Origin: the human T2T-CHM13v2.0 reference genome, Homo sapiens
Direction: 5' to 3' (one strand)
DNA length: 64,000 bases
Assembly: GCF_009914755.1 (NCBI RefSeq)
Contig: NC_060934.1
The notes beneath the pieces were generated by a model that had not been told where the DNA came from, ran no database searches, and saw nothing but the letters and a program-made list of their open reading frames with translations. Below, one piece after another: positions 35,077-54,903 of the stretch. The translations under genes were made by a program, and so were the position numbers. Position 1 is the stretch's first letter. The number at the start of each line of letters is the position of its first letter.

Positions 35077-36077
35077 TTTTAAAAAACTTAATAAAAAATA
35101 TAACAGAATTGAAACATTTAAGATAAGTACACTCACTACCCACTCCAGTAATTCATTTAAGTCATGCCAACTATAGAATATGAAAAATAAATTCAGAAGT
35201 GTAATTACTTTAAAATACACTACTTCCACTTTTGTAAGTATTTTACATTTATGTATATATTCTATAGTGGAAGCAGAAATTCTCTCTAAAAACATTATCT
35301 CCTTAAAATCTTGAGGTGCATATTAGAGCCACAGGCAATCTCTGACATATAAAATTGCAGTACAGGCCTTTCAAATTTGGCATTTCACTGGTACAATACA
35401 ACAACCAAGACATAATAACTGTACAGTGCCTAGACATTCCAGTAAGAACCATTATTTTCTTTAATGTAGAATGATTAATACATATTCTACAAGGGGCAGT
35501 AAGGTTAGTAATTCTATAGGGTATGTCCCGACATAATTTTCAAATTGTGCAATAACACAAACAACTTTGTTAAGGCCATGTTTTATTTGCTGATTAATGG
35601 ACAAAAGGCAATGTAATTTATTTTCAAGTATTTTCTTGAAAGTCTGTGCTCATAAAAATCATGAAAAGTTGGAAAGACTGTTAAATCACTGAAACTTCAA
35701 ATATATCTTACACAATCTTGTTTGTACAAAAATACAAGTTAAATATAAACATAAAGCAATCATGGTAATTTTATGCAAATCTGTTTTATGTGATCATCAG
35801 TTATATATAAAAGTTTCTCAGTTCTGTTATTTGTGAAAAGATCAATACCAGATTGAATGACTACCTATTGGCAAAGGGCCCTAAAAAGCTTACTTTAGCA
35901 CTAATCTTTTACATAGTTAAATGCATTTCCTAATTTGAGATCACCTAAACACTGGAAAAGAAAAAAAATGAAAGGGCAGTATGTCCATAAACCAACAAAT
36001 AATTTGGCTGTAATGTGTCATAAAACACAAACCCCACACATCTGTACAATAAACATTATGTATTACATACACAAAGG

Positions 36078-36113
36078 TGTGTGTGTGTGTGTGCATGCAC
36101 ACACACACACACA
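36078..36113. repeat. 36-bp perfect (TG)n-GCATGC-(CA)n palindrome
   Basis: TGTGTGTGTGTGTGTGCA|TGCACACACACACACACA is self-complementary about 36095/36096. Confidence 0.9.
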
Positions 36114-36134
36114 ACACACACCCAGTCATAAAGC

Positions 36135-37757
<1,623 letters not shown>

Positions 37758-37771
37758 GGAATGGAACTTTT
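37758..37771 (+). repeat. Right target-site duplication of NAMPT retrocopy
   Basis: GGAATGGAACTTTT followed by AAAA; reads TT/AAAA on the minus strand. Confidence 0.9.
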
Positions 37772-40250
37772 AAAAGACCTCTTAATAAGTAAATATTCCA
37801 AAGCAGCTAATAAATAAATGATCTCTTCTGCTCTTGGAATGGATATTTGGTCACAAATAATAACAGACATGATTAGAATGAAAACATCTGATTTTATGTG
37901 CATTTGATAATGTGATTCCAGGGTTGAAATTCTGAGAGAATGATATTTTATGATTTTACAGGTATATGTGTTGTTCTTTCTTTGTTCTCTCTCATTCTTT
38001 CCTTCTTTTCTGTGTATCATATCCCTAGAGATCCCAGTTCCCAGCAGGTGGTGATCATATTGAGCTGATAGTCCTGTATCTTAGTAATGGAGTTTTAATC
38101 ATATTATATGTTTTGGTGGCAGTCACTGCAGGCTGCAGAGTTGATACTGTTCTCAAACTTTGTCTATTTAAGTTGCTAAGTTAGCAGCCACTTTGTGGTT
38201 CAGTGTCTGACAATTTCAACTAATCAATCTTTGATGGAACTTCAGATCAAAAAATGACAAAGATAAATCAAGGCATGTGAATTCCCCCCCGCCAACCCCG
38301 CCATATCTTAGCCCCCTTACTAGGGAATGGCAAATATGTTTGGATAAGATAATACCCTGGAGGGTCTACTGCCTGCAATAGCTATTTTCAGAAAATGATT
38401 CCCGGCTGAACTCTGTTGTCTGACACTCACACTATTCTGAGCCTTTCATTCACCCCAACCCCGCTCACTCTGTCTCTGGTTACTCCCAGTGAGCCAGTGC
38501 TTCCATTTTACCTCAGTCATGCCGCCATGAAAACTGCTATTTTCTTTTGGTTGTGCCAGCATTCATGCCTTCTATTGCCCAATGAGGATACATTAGGAGA
38601 AAGAGGAGTGAGGAGAGGATTTGAGCACCAATGATGTGTATCTTCATCATATGTTATTGGTACTCTTATTAACCTCTACTTTGTAAAAACTTTGATTTGA
38701 AAAAGTTAAGCAACTTACCCGAAGTGAAAAACTTTTGTCTATTTTTTTCATATCATGATAAATATAGACTGATTTCATTGCATCTTTTACTGCTCAGGGA
38801 TGTCACCTATGAACATTTCAACAAATATTTTTTTGCACCTCCAACATACTGGTTATCATTTCAGGCGCTGTGCAGATTGGAAACAAAAAAAGCAAAAATC
38901 TCTACACTTCTTGACCTCATTCTACTAAATCCAACAAGCAAAATTATATTAAAAGAAAATGCAAAAAGAATCCCAAGTCTTCATTTTTATGTTTCATATT
39001 TAGAAAAACCAATGATAAGGAAACAAGTCAAGGATAACTATTGGGTTTCTGGCTTGAGCAACTGGTTAGAAAATGATACAATATTCTAAAGGGAAGGAAG
39101 TGAAGAGCTCATTCTTTTTCAAAATTTCTGATTTTGGTTCCTCAACTCAATTTTAATGTACTTGGCAAGATTAGGTAAAATGCTCCTTTGTATTTCAACA
39201 ATTGGATCTGCATTGAGATGAATCAGATTAATACGTGATCCTGACTTCACAAGTCCAGATCTTTTTTATAGAAGATCTGTGCTTGTTTTATTTAAATATT
39301 GTTTTTTAAAATGTTATTGTTTCTAACAATGGTTCTATTTATTTTGTGGAAAAAATACACATAAAATGATTTGATTTCCAACATCCATCTCTGAAATTCT
39401 CTGTATAGTTGATCTCATTCTGACCCTAAGCTGATATTTGCAGCTGCATCTCCACATATATTTTAATTCTCAAACCAAATATAACTTCCTAGAGTTATTG
39501 GCTGTACAACCTGCCAGGAAGCAAAAGAAAAGAGAAGTTGAGCAGGGGGAACTAGTCCTATGAGATTATTGACTCCAGATGTTCCAATTACTCCTTTTGG
39601 GGACTTTATTGACTTGAGTTATACAAATCCTCCTCTATAAATCCTTACTCAGTCATGTTTGGCAAAGACTGCATTCTGTTTCTCCCAAAACACCTTTATA
39701 AACTCATAGTAGAGTTCACACCTAATAGAGGAAGAAGCAAAAATATCATGGTCACATTAAATCTTATGGAGTTTTAAAAAGACATAGTTAACTGATTTAA
39801 TTTTTGTCTACTGAGAGTTGAGGTATGTCAATACAGCATAGCATTCTAAGGCATTTCATGTTTTTTTATTTTTTATTTTTTTCATAGAGCAGTAAGCCAT
39901 TCTGCAAATTAGATGTGATTGGAATGATGACTTCTAATTATGTTTCCTACTTAAAGGGTAAAATATTTACCCTTTATCTCATAGTCATAGCCTCCTTGAT
40001 ACTCTCCTTGATTAAATTTTATTATAAACTTTAAAAACAGGACCTGCCCATTTTAAATAATTATCAGTACATTTATTTTAAATCAAATGGCTCGGCTACA
40101 TCAACCCTGTATATCTGTCATGTGAAATTAAATATGGAGCAATAGTGTCTTAATTCTACCTTTTTGACAGTTTTCATCGGTGAAACTTTGATGAAATTGA
40201 TGTATTTTCAAATCTTTTCATAATGTAACACCAATGCTATAAATTTTTGA

Positions 40251-40598
<348 letters not shown>

Positions 40599-41131
40599 TA
40601 ATATAATTAGCACAAAAGTATAACAAGTAGTTGTATATCATTGCCATCCAACGAGTATATATAGTGTATGATGAGATACCAATGGATGGTTAACTCAAGG
40701 AGAGTAAGAGACCTAATGTGTGGGTTCACAATAATCTAGAAAAAGTGCACAAAAAGTATTTTGAGAAATCTAAAGTTCTTATTTCAGGAAGCAGGCATTC
40801 TCTAGCTTATTGCTCTAAGCTCAAAAGAGGGTAAGGTCTGCCCAAAGCATAGTTGGAGAAAATCTGCAAGTAGAGAGAGGTAAATACCCTGTCTTCGGGT
40901 GGAGAAACATCAACTCTGTGAGGTGTGCAACTGGAGTCTACTTATTCTCAATTGATCTACTGTATGACAACTTGTTCAAAATAATAGTAGCAACAACATA
41001 TGCCAGTATTCATGCTCATACACACACAGAGACACACACACATACTTATGTATGTTTACATATAAATGAAATAAATGGTAGCAATGAAACAAAGGAGAGA
41101 GGAGTTCAAATTACTTTGTTATTATAAGTTA

Positions 41132-43779
<2,648 letters not shown>

Positions 43780-43794
43780 GTTGGAGAACTACCT

Positions 43795-44049
43795 TTTTCT
43801 TTTTTCACAGGGTCTTGCTTTGTCACCCACGGCATGATCACAGCTCACTGTAGCCTCGACCTTCTGGGCTCAAGCAATTCTCCGGCCTTAGCCTCCCAAG
43901 TAGCCAAGACTACAGGCAAGTACCACCATGTTCAGCTAAATTTTGTATTTTTTGTAGAGACTGGGTCTCGCTTTGTTACCCTGGCTGGGCTGCAACTCCT
44001 GGGTTCAAAAAAGTGTTGGGATTGTAGGCATGAGCCACTGTGCCCAGCC
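43795..44049 (-). mobile_element. AluJ-like, internally deleted
   Basis: cagctcactgtagcctcgaccttctgggctcaag. Confidence 0.85.
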
Positions 44050-45566
44050 AAGTTGGAGAACTTCTTAAAAATGTTTGCTATTTAAGTTTTGCTCTAGCAC
44101 AAGTTGCCTAAAGGAAACAGTGAAAAATACGTTTAGAAAGTTATACATAATCCAAATTGTGACGGTCTTAAAGAATTTTAAGTTTTATTCTGTAAGCAGT
44201 GAAGAACCACTGAATGAACAATTTGTGGAATAGTCTTCTCTAAGATGACTAAAGTATTCAGAGTGACCATGTATAAACTTATGTGCCCCATGTTCATAGT
44301 TCAATTCATTTGCAAAGATATTTACTTTTAACAAGATATTTCAGAAATGAGTTGGAAACCTTGGTTCATTAACAATTAGTAATTACAATGCACAAATCGG
44401 CTGGTAAAGTACTAGTAAGTTCTACTGACTAATAAAGGCTTAGATTACTTAGATTTTTACAGTATCCAAAATCACCACAGTTCTGGATAGAAATGAATAG
44501 TGTATTTGCTTTATGTACTATTGGATTTTTCTGTTTCCATTACAGTCATGCATATATGTAATAACAGGAAAATGAATCTGTAAATAGTGTCTTTTATAGT
44601 TTTTTTTAAAGAATTGTTAGGTATACATGAGCCATTAGATAAATGGGGTCAAAAATGTCTTTAGAAATCATACTACTTATTCACATAACAAATGGGAAGC
44701 TTATGGGAGCTTCAGAAAATTGAGTGATTTTAAATGAATAATACATATTATAGGCAGTCAATAGCTGTTAAATGTTTAATCTAATCATCAAGCAAATCTC
44801 CATTTTAAAAAATGAGGTGTTATTTTATCACCTATCAGTGGAAGAAAAATATATAACCAACAAATCTCATATTATGATTTATTTCATAATTAGTAATTTA
44901 TTTTATTTTTATGAATGTAGCATTTTTTCTTCTAAATTTATATTAAATTTAAACATGTAACTAGGGCATTAAATTGTAAATGATGTAATTCTCATTTTAT
45001 CAACCCAATTGCCAGTAACAATTTATGTTAGAGCTGTTGGCTTTGTGTAGTTTTCCAAAAAAGAAAAATCCTGTTTGGTGTGCCTAGGTATGATGTCATC
45101 ATTACCAAGTCATTAGTCACTTAATCAAGGCCCTCATAAAGTGTCAGCTAAGCTTTTCCAGAGCATGAGAATGGTGACTAAAAATGCCTGTTGTAGAAAT
45201 ATACAGTTTGTAATGTTCTAGTACAGTGTACATTGGCAATAAACCACCAGAGCACAGGGGAAGAAAGAAGACATTATGAGATGCAGAAAAATTAACTAAA
45301 ATGGTGTAATACGTGAAAATGGTTCACACAGGGCCTGCTACAGACTAGACACCCAGTAGGTTTTTTAAAAATTTGTTTTCTTTTTCCTTTTTTCAAGGAA
45401 TGGGAAGTGAAAGTTCTTTTGAAAAAATTGTATGTTCATTGGCAGAAATTGGTCTCATTTGATAATGTTTCACATTTTAAATAATTTGCTAATTAGTAAT
45501 GCTAAAATTATCCCTACATGGTGTCAAAACGTGGAACAAAATGGAATATAAAAATTACTCATGTTT

Positions 45567-45875
<309 letters not shown>

Positions 45876-45941
45876 TCATGTTTAGCTAGTAAAAAGTAAA
45901 AAATTGTATATATAAGGATTTTATTTTTATGCCACTGATTA

Positions 45942-46557
<616 letters not shown>

Positions 46558-47103
46558 TAGTCTGTTGTGACATGGGGAACCATATAAATGGTGACAACGT
46601 TGTCATCTCATGTTAAGATCTATGAGAGGTTTGCTATACCCAGAAACATTTAGTAACATGTACACCCAATACATTAATTTACTGTATATTTTGAACCTAA
46701 GGGAAACATAGCCGTAACTGCTCCCTCAATGGGGTCAGATGCAGATTTCACTGTTCTGCTTGGCCGTGGTGGGGATCCCCTTCATTCTTCACATTTTTAG
46801 GTCCTTCTTTCTTAACAAGCACTTAAGGAAAAATAATAACCTTCAATAGGCAGAGAAGAACTGTTTTGTGGTCAAGGACATTTATGTCTTAAGTCCCTGC
46901 TTAACATCATTAATCAAATTCTCAAGGTTTATTTATGAGAAACCAGAGAATGTCAAGGGTCCAAGACTGAATCTTGATTTTTCTATTCCAAGCACCAGTT
47001 TCCTCATGAAGACTATAGTCAAAAATAAAATCTGTCTACTTGATGGTTGAATTTATTTCTGCCTAATCACCTATTCAAACACACCAACTGAGGATCTAAA
47101 ATA

Positions 47104-47105
<2 letters not shown>

Positions 47106-47140
<35 letters not shown>
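47106..47140. repeat. (TG)n microsatellite
   Basis: Read directly. Confidence 0.95.
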
Positions 47141-47141
<1 letters not shown>

Positions 47142-49197
47142 TGTAATTTTCAGTAGTCTAGAGCAACAGACCTCCATTACTTTAGCCTTCTAAACACACA
47201 TTTTACTCCCTGCGAATGACTTAGTAATGGAATTGTCTGATTTAGCTGGAAACTTGGCTTTTCTCTATTCATATGCGACTTAGTGTTCCAGCAATTCTCG
47301 TTTATAACATGTTAAAACTACTGGGCAAACTTTACATGCAATGGAAAAAATTTCACGTACATCTGTGAGCCCATATACTGAGGCGGGAGGCGTGCAGATG
47401 GAGAGGTATGGAGGAAAATGTTAATTTCCATTTTTCTCTCTGGGGATGCAAGCATTTAGCCTACAGCACTGGGAGCCTCATAAGTTATTACGCTGCATGT
47501 GAGACTATTGTCCTCTTCGAAACAGTAGAGTGTCTGAGAAAGCATTAAATGCTAAAAGCAAGAGAAACTGCTTTAAAGTTATGAAATTTTAATGAGACAT
47601 TTGCTGAGGCAAATGTCTGAAGAGGGTAAAAATTTTAACATTCACAGAGCTAAGAATATAATTCAGATGTTTTGGTGATAGCTGGCACAAAGAAAATAGA
47701 AATAACTTGTATCATTGACCAGCAACTGCTCGCTGGGGTGTGATTGAACTTCTTGTTGCTAAAAAATCTAATGTGAGTATGAAAGACAACTTAGTATGTT
47801 TTCCTTGATCCAGAAACATCACCATGTGGACTCAATTATATCTGTTGTGACGGGATAGGTTCTCAAAGTCCCAGTGGCCTCCAAGTGTGCTTGCTCTAAG
47901 CCGATTATCTCTGAGGTCATGGGACAGAATGGTGCCCAGACCCAAGTAAGATGCTCAAGTCACATGGCTTGCTAAATCATACAGCAAGATGCAAGGAGAA
48001 AGAGAGGAAGTAGGTTCACAAACTTAGGAAAGGGAGCTAGCAAAATGAGAAGACCATGACACCTGAATCCGGTGTTACACAACCTTCACATATCCTGTTT
48101 CTCTGACACATAACCCTGCCCTGCGGTGGTGTGGTTTCAAGGTCCAGAGCGCAGGGTGAGCAAGGGGCTTAGTAAGTGCCCTGAAGCTAGCACTCACTTC
48201 CTCCCACAGAGAGGCACATGTTCAGGGACTCCTGGCCAGCAGCTGGGGCTCACTGGAAACTGCTGAGATGCTCTGGGATTTGTCTGCATATCCTAGGTAG
48301 GAGACATATGGGGCCAGAATGGAGGTAACCAAAAATTGAGGAAGATCTAGTGCCCCATAACTACTTAATGCTTCCTTAGGCCTTTTCTCCCTTCCTATCC
48401 ATGTTCAACACACTTAGGCTGAACTTACTTTTCTGAGTCTAATGATTCTCACAAGCTACTGACTATTCTGTAGTCAGCTTTATGCCCTTAATTTGTATCT
48501 CTGTGTTCTATAAAAGAATTCAATAATCTCAAATGATGTAACAATTACACTTTTTTAGGTTAAGATGTCAAAATGAATAAATCATAAAGTAAAAATGTGG
48601 ATATTTCCTTTTATCATGCAAAGCTTACTACAGGAGTTTTCGCAGGTTCTTGTAGCTTTCTTGTACCTCCCAGGATTCTCCTTTGCAGCTTTTTCCCATC
48701 ACAGGAGTTGTATAGCCAGGGGCTAGAAGTATAATGAGCAGCTCCCGAGATATCATAATATTTCTCTTCTGTCTGCTCTCCTCCTCCTCTTTCTTTCCAG
48801 CATCCTCTCCTCCTCTTTCTTCTCATTTTCCTTCTCCACTTTCTTTTCCTTCCTTTCCTTCCTTCTGGTTAATCCTGATTTGGAAATTTTGGGTTATATA
48901 CTTGCAAATCATTTACCCATTAATCTTTTATCCAACTGTAATATATCTTACTTTATGTGAATAATAGTGAGTAGAAACTCACCAGGTACTAAACTAATTA
49001 AAGTTTTTCCCATGAATTGAGAAGCAGCTGAAATATTGACTGCAGAACACTGCTTTAATTATGGTTCCTGCCCTCTAGCATTAGGTAAGTGTTATTGAGA
49101 GTCTGTTCATTCTATTTTTGACAGGTTCAAACTTATGCAACGCTAGCTGAGGATAAAATGTACATCAAGAAAGTAAGACATGCCAAAATATGCTTAG

Positions 49198-49509
<312 letters not shown>

Positions 49510-50171
49510 GGTTAGTTTATTAAAAGAATAAATTGAAAAAGAAGTCAAAAATATATATTCTGGGCACAATGAATTCTAGATCTATATTAACATGATCAGA
49601 CAGGTTAGTTAAAATGACAGGGAAGACCAAAACATATTTGTAGGAATATGTGCTTCTCTGCCTCTTACATAGATACAGTGATTTCTCTATTAGATGTGCT
49701 AGGCTAAGGAGTATAAAAATATAAATACCATGTAGAAGTTGCAATTTATATTTTAAAAAGAGTGCTCCTCTTCTTCTCCTTTCTTTTTTTTCTTTCATTG
49801 TCTTTCTTTTTTTGTCCTATGTTTTATATTTACCCTGAACTAAAGAATGAAAGTGACATTATTACTTGGAGTCTTTTGTATTTCTCCTTTAATTTAATCT
49901 AATTTAATTTAAAATATATAATTGACAAATAAATATTGCACAAGACCTCCTTTAATTTTAAATACCCAAATATTTAAAAATGTAAGTATGAATATTTAAA
50001 TGAAAAACATTTAAATTTTAACACTTAATTGAAATATTTAAAACATATTTTGAAGAGATATATGTAAGTAACAGGATCACCAACGACAGAGGAATCTGGA
50101 AAGAACTTGCATATATACAGGATAAGTATGTAAACTGTGCAATAACTTCAGCTGACTTGGAGGGTACAGCT

Positions 50172-50461
<290 letters not shown>

Positions 50462-50735
50462 TAACTTTTAAATACTAGTAAAACAGCCAAGATTACCTTC
50501 TCTTTTTAGATATTCTTTTTAAAATAATCATATTAGACATAAGAAAATCTGGAATTCCAGCTCCGTCAATCATTCACTAAAAACTGAGACCTTACTGTAT
50601 GCCTACAAGTAAATGAATTAATTTCTCAGGGGTGAGTTGTGGGATTTTTCTCTTAAATACACATTACACGTATTTGAAAATACATTTTCAAGTATAATTA
50701 GCTCGTTTTAAATTGGCTTCTATTGGAAAAGATGA

Positions 50736-51011
50736 TTTTTTTTTTTTGAGACGGAGCCTCGCTCTGTTGCCCAGGCTGGAGTGCAATGGCGCAAGCTCCG
50801 CCTCCTGGGTTCAAGCAATTCTCCTGCCTCACCCTCCGGAGTAGCTGGGATTACAGATGCCCGCCACCACACACGGCTAATTTTTTGTATTTTTAGTAGA
50901 GACGGGGTTTCACCGTGTTAACCAGGATGGTCTTGATCTCCTGACCTCGTGATCTGCCTGCCTAGGTCTCCCAAAGTGCTGGGATTACAGGTGTAATCTA
51001 CCGCGCCTGGT
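50736..51011 (-). mobile_element. AluY/Sc-like
   Basis: Alu with a short internal deletion. Confidence 0.9.
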
Positions 51012-51287
51012 TGATCTTTGTTTTTTAAAACAGAGATCATACCTCAGCCAATGAAACATCACACTTCTCAAAACTGTTTTAGTTGAGATATTAAACATGC
51101 TTATCTTAAAGCTATTATGATTGTGGTAAACAGCAGCACTCTCCCGCTCAGCTTCTTATGATTAACCAACTACAACAGAGGCTTCACATACTCATTAGCA
51201 ACCACACAAAAGATTCTAATTTCTGTTTCTGGAGTAGAATGTTTAATTAAGTCACAAAAGGCACTTTGCAATTAGTAATTGTCACTC

Positions 51288-51598
51288 TTCTTCTTTTTTT
51301 TTTTTTTTTTTTTTTTTGAGACGGAGTCTCGCTCTGTTGCCCAGGCTGGAGGGCAGTGGCGGGATCTCTGCTGACTGCAGGCTACGCCTCCCAGGTTCAC
51401 GCCATTCTCCTGCCTCAGCCTCCCGAGCAGCTGTGACTACAGGCGCCTGCCACCACGCCCGGCTAATTTTTTGTGTTTTTGATACAGACGGGGTTTCACC
51501 GTGTTAGCCAGGATGGTCTCGATCTCCTGACCTCGTGATCCACCCTCCTCGGCCTCCCAAAGTGCTGGGATTACAGGCATGAGCCACCGTGCTCGGCC
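51288..51598 (-). mobile_element. AluY-like
   Basis: Full Alu. Confidence 0.95.
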
Positions 51599-52227
51599 CA
51601 CTTTGCTTCTTTATGCTATTATTTGCCAAAAGGTAAATAAAGCTGGCTGACTAGATCATCACCAACTTGAAGCTCAAAACAGATAAATATCTTCCTAAGT
51701 GAGGGTGGTGTCCAGTGTCTTTACTAATTACATTGTAGTCTAGTTTTCAGTAACCAATTTGAAATAAAATCTAACTCTTTTATCCATGCCTGTAGCATCT
51801 AGCATGTATTAGGAACTCACTAAACATTGAAGAGAAAGAAAGAAAGAAAGAAAGAGAGAAGGGAAGGAGGCAGGAAGCGAGGAGAAAGGAAAGAAGAAAG
51901 AAGAGAGAAAATAAAGAAATAATGAATCAAGTGAATGAATGAGAATTGATCATTTGATCTTTCTGAATTATCTTTTCCATTAAGTAAAAACAGATTAGCT
52001 GAAAGAATGTTGGACTGCAAATTGAGTCCTTGGTCTAGGTGCAATGTATCTCAAAGTAATTACATAACCTGTGCAAGTCACTTTACTTTTCCTGAATTTA
52101 TTTCTCACTGAGTATTTCTAGATGCTCAAGTAGAGCCTGAAACTCAATATATTCAAATATTTTATATTTCCCTTCAAATCCAACCCAGCTTCTGTACATT
52201 ATTTTCCTATTAAAACATTATCATCAG

Positions 52228-52744
52228 CAGTAGATTGTTTACAAAAATGACTGCAATTTTTCTCTTCCCTAAATCAGCAACCCTTGGCAATGTGGCTTTG
52301 CAGCTCTTCCCATGAAGAAGTGTAGTCTATTTTCCCACCCTTTGTAAACAGACTGGCTTTGTGACTTGTGCTCACTAATAGGATGTGGAGGAAATGATGA
52401 CATCCTGTTTCTGAGCCTAAGATTTATTATCTTTGCATGACTCTCTTAGTTGTCTCAAACCCCTGCCCAGCCTCCATGTGGAAAAGCCTGGACTAGCCTG
52501 CTGAAGGCTGAGGCCACATGGAGCAGAGGTGAGCCGTCTAACTCAGGCTGCCAAGATAAACCAGGTGTCAGCTGACCAGCAACTGATAGCAGATTCATAA
52601 ACGATCACAGTCAACATCAGCCAAGCCAGGCCCAGTTCAACAGAAATGCCTTGTTGACCAGCATATTCATGAGCAATGAAAAATTGTCATTTAAGCCATT
52701 AAGCTTTGAGGTGTTTTGTTACTCAGAAAAAGCTAACTGCTACA
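52228..52744 (+). mobile_element. MLT1H-like MaLR solo LTR within an L2 remnant
   Basis: gcaatgtggctttgcagctcttcccatgaagaagtgtagtctattttcccaccctttg ... aaagctaactgctaca. Confidence 0.7.
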
Positions 52745-52759
52745 GTGCCCTTCTGGAAA

Positions 52760-53520
52760 CATGAAACCACTCTGTACTTTCTTCTCTTTGGTCCTTATAA
52801 GTCATTCACCAGATCTTCTGTATTTTAATTAAAATGTCTTCAAAATGCAATCCCTCTTTGCAATCCCCTGATGCTCTTCTAATTCTGGGCTCCATCGTCT
52901 CTTGCCTGAGTTTCCTGGTCTCATTCTCTTCCTCTTCCAATCCCATCTCCAAAGCACTATGTTTCAATCTAGAGATTTAATTATGTGACTCCTTTCCTTA
53001 AAAGTTGTCTTTGATTCTGTTTTCTAAGTATAATTAGCAGTGAAAATTTCTTTATAGTACATAAAGCCTTTTCTGTTTTTATTTTCTTTTCTCTTGCTGA
53101 GTATATAACATGTACTGTCATCAGTCTACCATATTCCCCCAACACAAAACCACTCATCTTTAACTTCATAATCACAATTCTAAGCCACCACTCATGTTCT
53201 TTTTGCCTGAATTCCCGTATCCACCTTGTCTACCTGGCAACTTTTTACTTATTCTTTAACATTAATCTCAGATAAAAATCTGCACTGAGATTTTCTTGGT
53301 TTCTTTCAAACAGAATGAATTATACCCTTCCTTGTGTGTCTAGGGCATGTCTGTCTAACTCAGAACTTCCTCATGCTCTACTTCATTCACTTGTTTCTCT
53401 GCCTTTGTCACACAGATTGAGTTCTTTAAATGCACAGACTCTAACTCCATCACCCTTTAATCCTTAGAAACAAGCGTAGTCTTACATAGTAGAGGCACTC
53501 AATACATGTTTTTTGATGTA
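52760..53520 (+). mobile_element. L2 3' remnant
   Basis: ctccatcgtctcttgcctg... and 3' end catagtagaggcactcaatacatgtt. Confidence 0.6.
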
Positions 53521-54019
53521 CGTGTAATGAGCAGAATTAAACTAACTTATCTGAAAAATGTAAAAATCTTGGTTTATCAAGATAGTTTTTAAGTTTAAAA
53601 TCTGTTTACCTTGTCTTAAGAGCTTATTTATGTTTTGTGTGTCAATGCAAGTTGGTGACAAATTTTCCTGCGAGATTTATTTTGGGGCAACCTGCCTTAA
53701 TGTTGCTCATAATCCTAAGGCATTTTACTATTACAGAAAATTGTAGGCAAAGAGAACCTACTAACATTGGAATTTATTAATCAGAGCAAAACATGTGGGT
53801 AACAAGCCACGGTATTAATTACAAGTGGGGTTTTATAACAAACAGATCAGAATTTATTGTAGAGGTAAAATAATGAGCTGTGAGAGCTTACTTAGTAGAG
53901 AAACATTCTATGAATCTAATAATATATAAAAGTCCATTTTTCTTTTAGTTGATTTTCTGCTTAGTTCAGATAAATCATCACTGTAGTATTACCTTCTTTC
54001 ATTATGCAACAAATTTTAT

Positions 54020-54165
54020 TTGTATTTTTAATTAATTAATTAATTTTTTTGTGGAGACAGGGCCTTGCTATGTTGCCCAGGCTGGTCTTGAACTCCTGGG
54101 CTCAAGCAGTCCACCCGCCTCAGCCTCTCAGTGTTGGGATTATAAGCATGAGCCACCGCTCCCGG
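54020..54165 (-). mobile_element. FLAM/AluJ left monomer
   Basis: Single Alu left arm. Confidence 0.85.
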
Positions 54166-54621
54166 AATCAGCAAATATTTGTTAAACATAAGCACATACT
54201 ATGTAACACTATTCTAATCCTTCAAATCAGTTATTCTCCAAAAGAAGTAACTTTGTTTCTTTCTTGTTTTTTCCTTCCTCTATCATTTCCTTTGACTTTT
54301 TAAGAAAAGAATCCTCAGGCTTCCAGTTTATTTTAGGACACTTAGGATGTTCTCAGTTATTTTTTAATTCTCAAACTCTTTTACACACACTAGATATTTT
54401 TTACCCAGAATTTTAATACGTATAGTTTTTAAGATGATAACTGCTTAAGAAGTCTTATTTTAGTAGCTATAACACATATCCACTGATTTTTATTAATATA
54501 ACATACCAGTCATAGTTTATAAATCCTTTGATTTGGGATTAAATTGAGTTTTTAAAGCATTAGTACGATTTCAGATTTTCAGTGAGAATATGATTGGGTT
54601 GTGCTAAGACAGAAATTAAAA

Positions 54622-54903
<282 letters not shown>

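Noticed and set aside
38697-39089. 130-aa ORF in AT-rich DNA
   Set aside because: TTG start, overlaps MIR/L2-like remnants, and has no recognisable homology or splice support.
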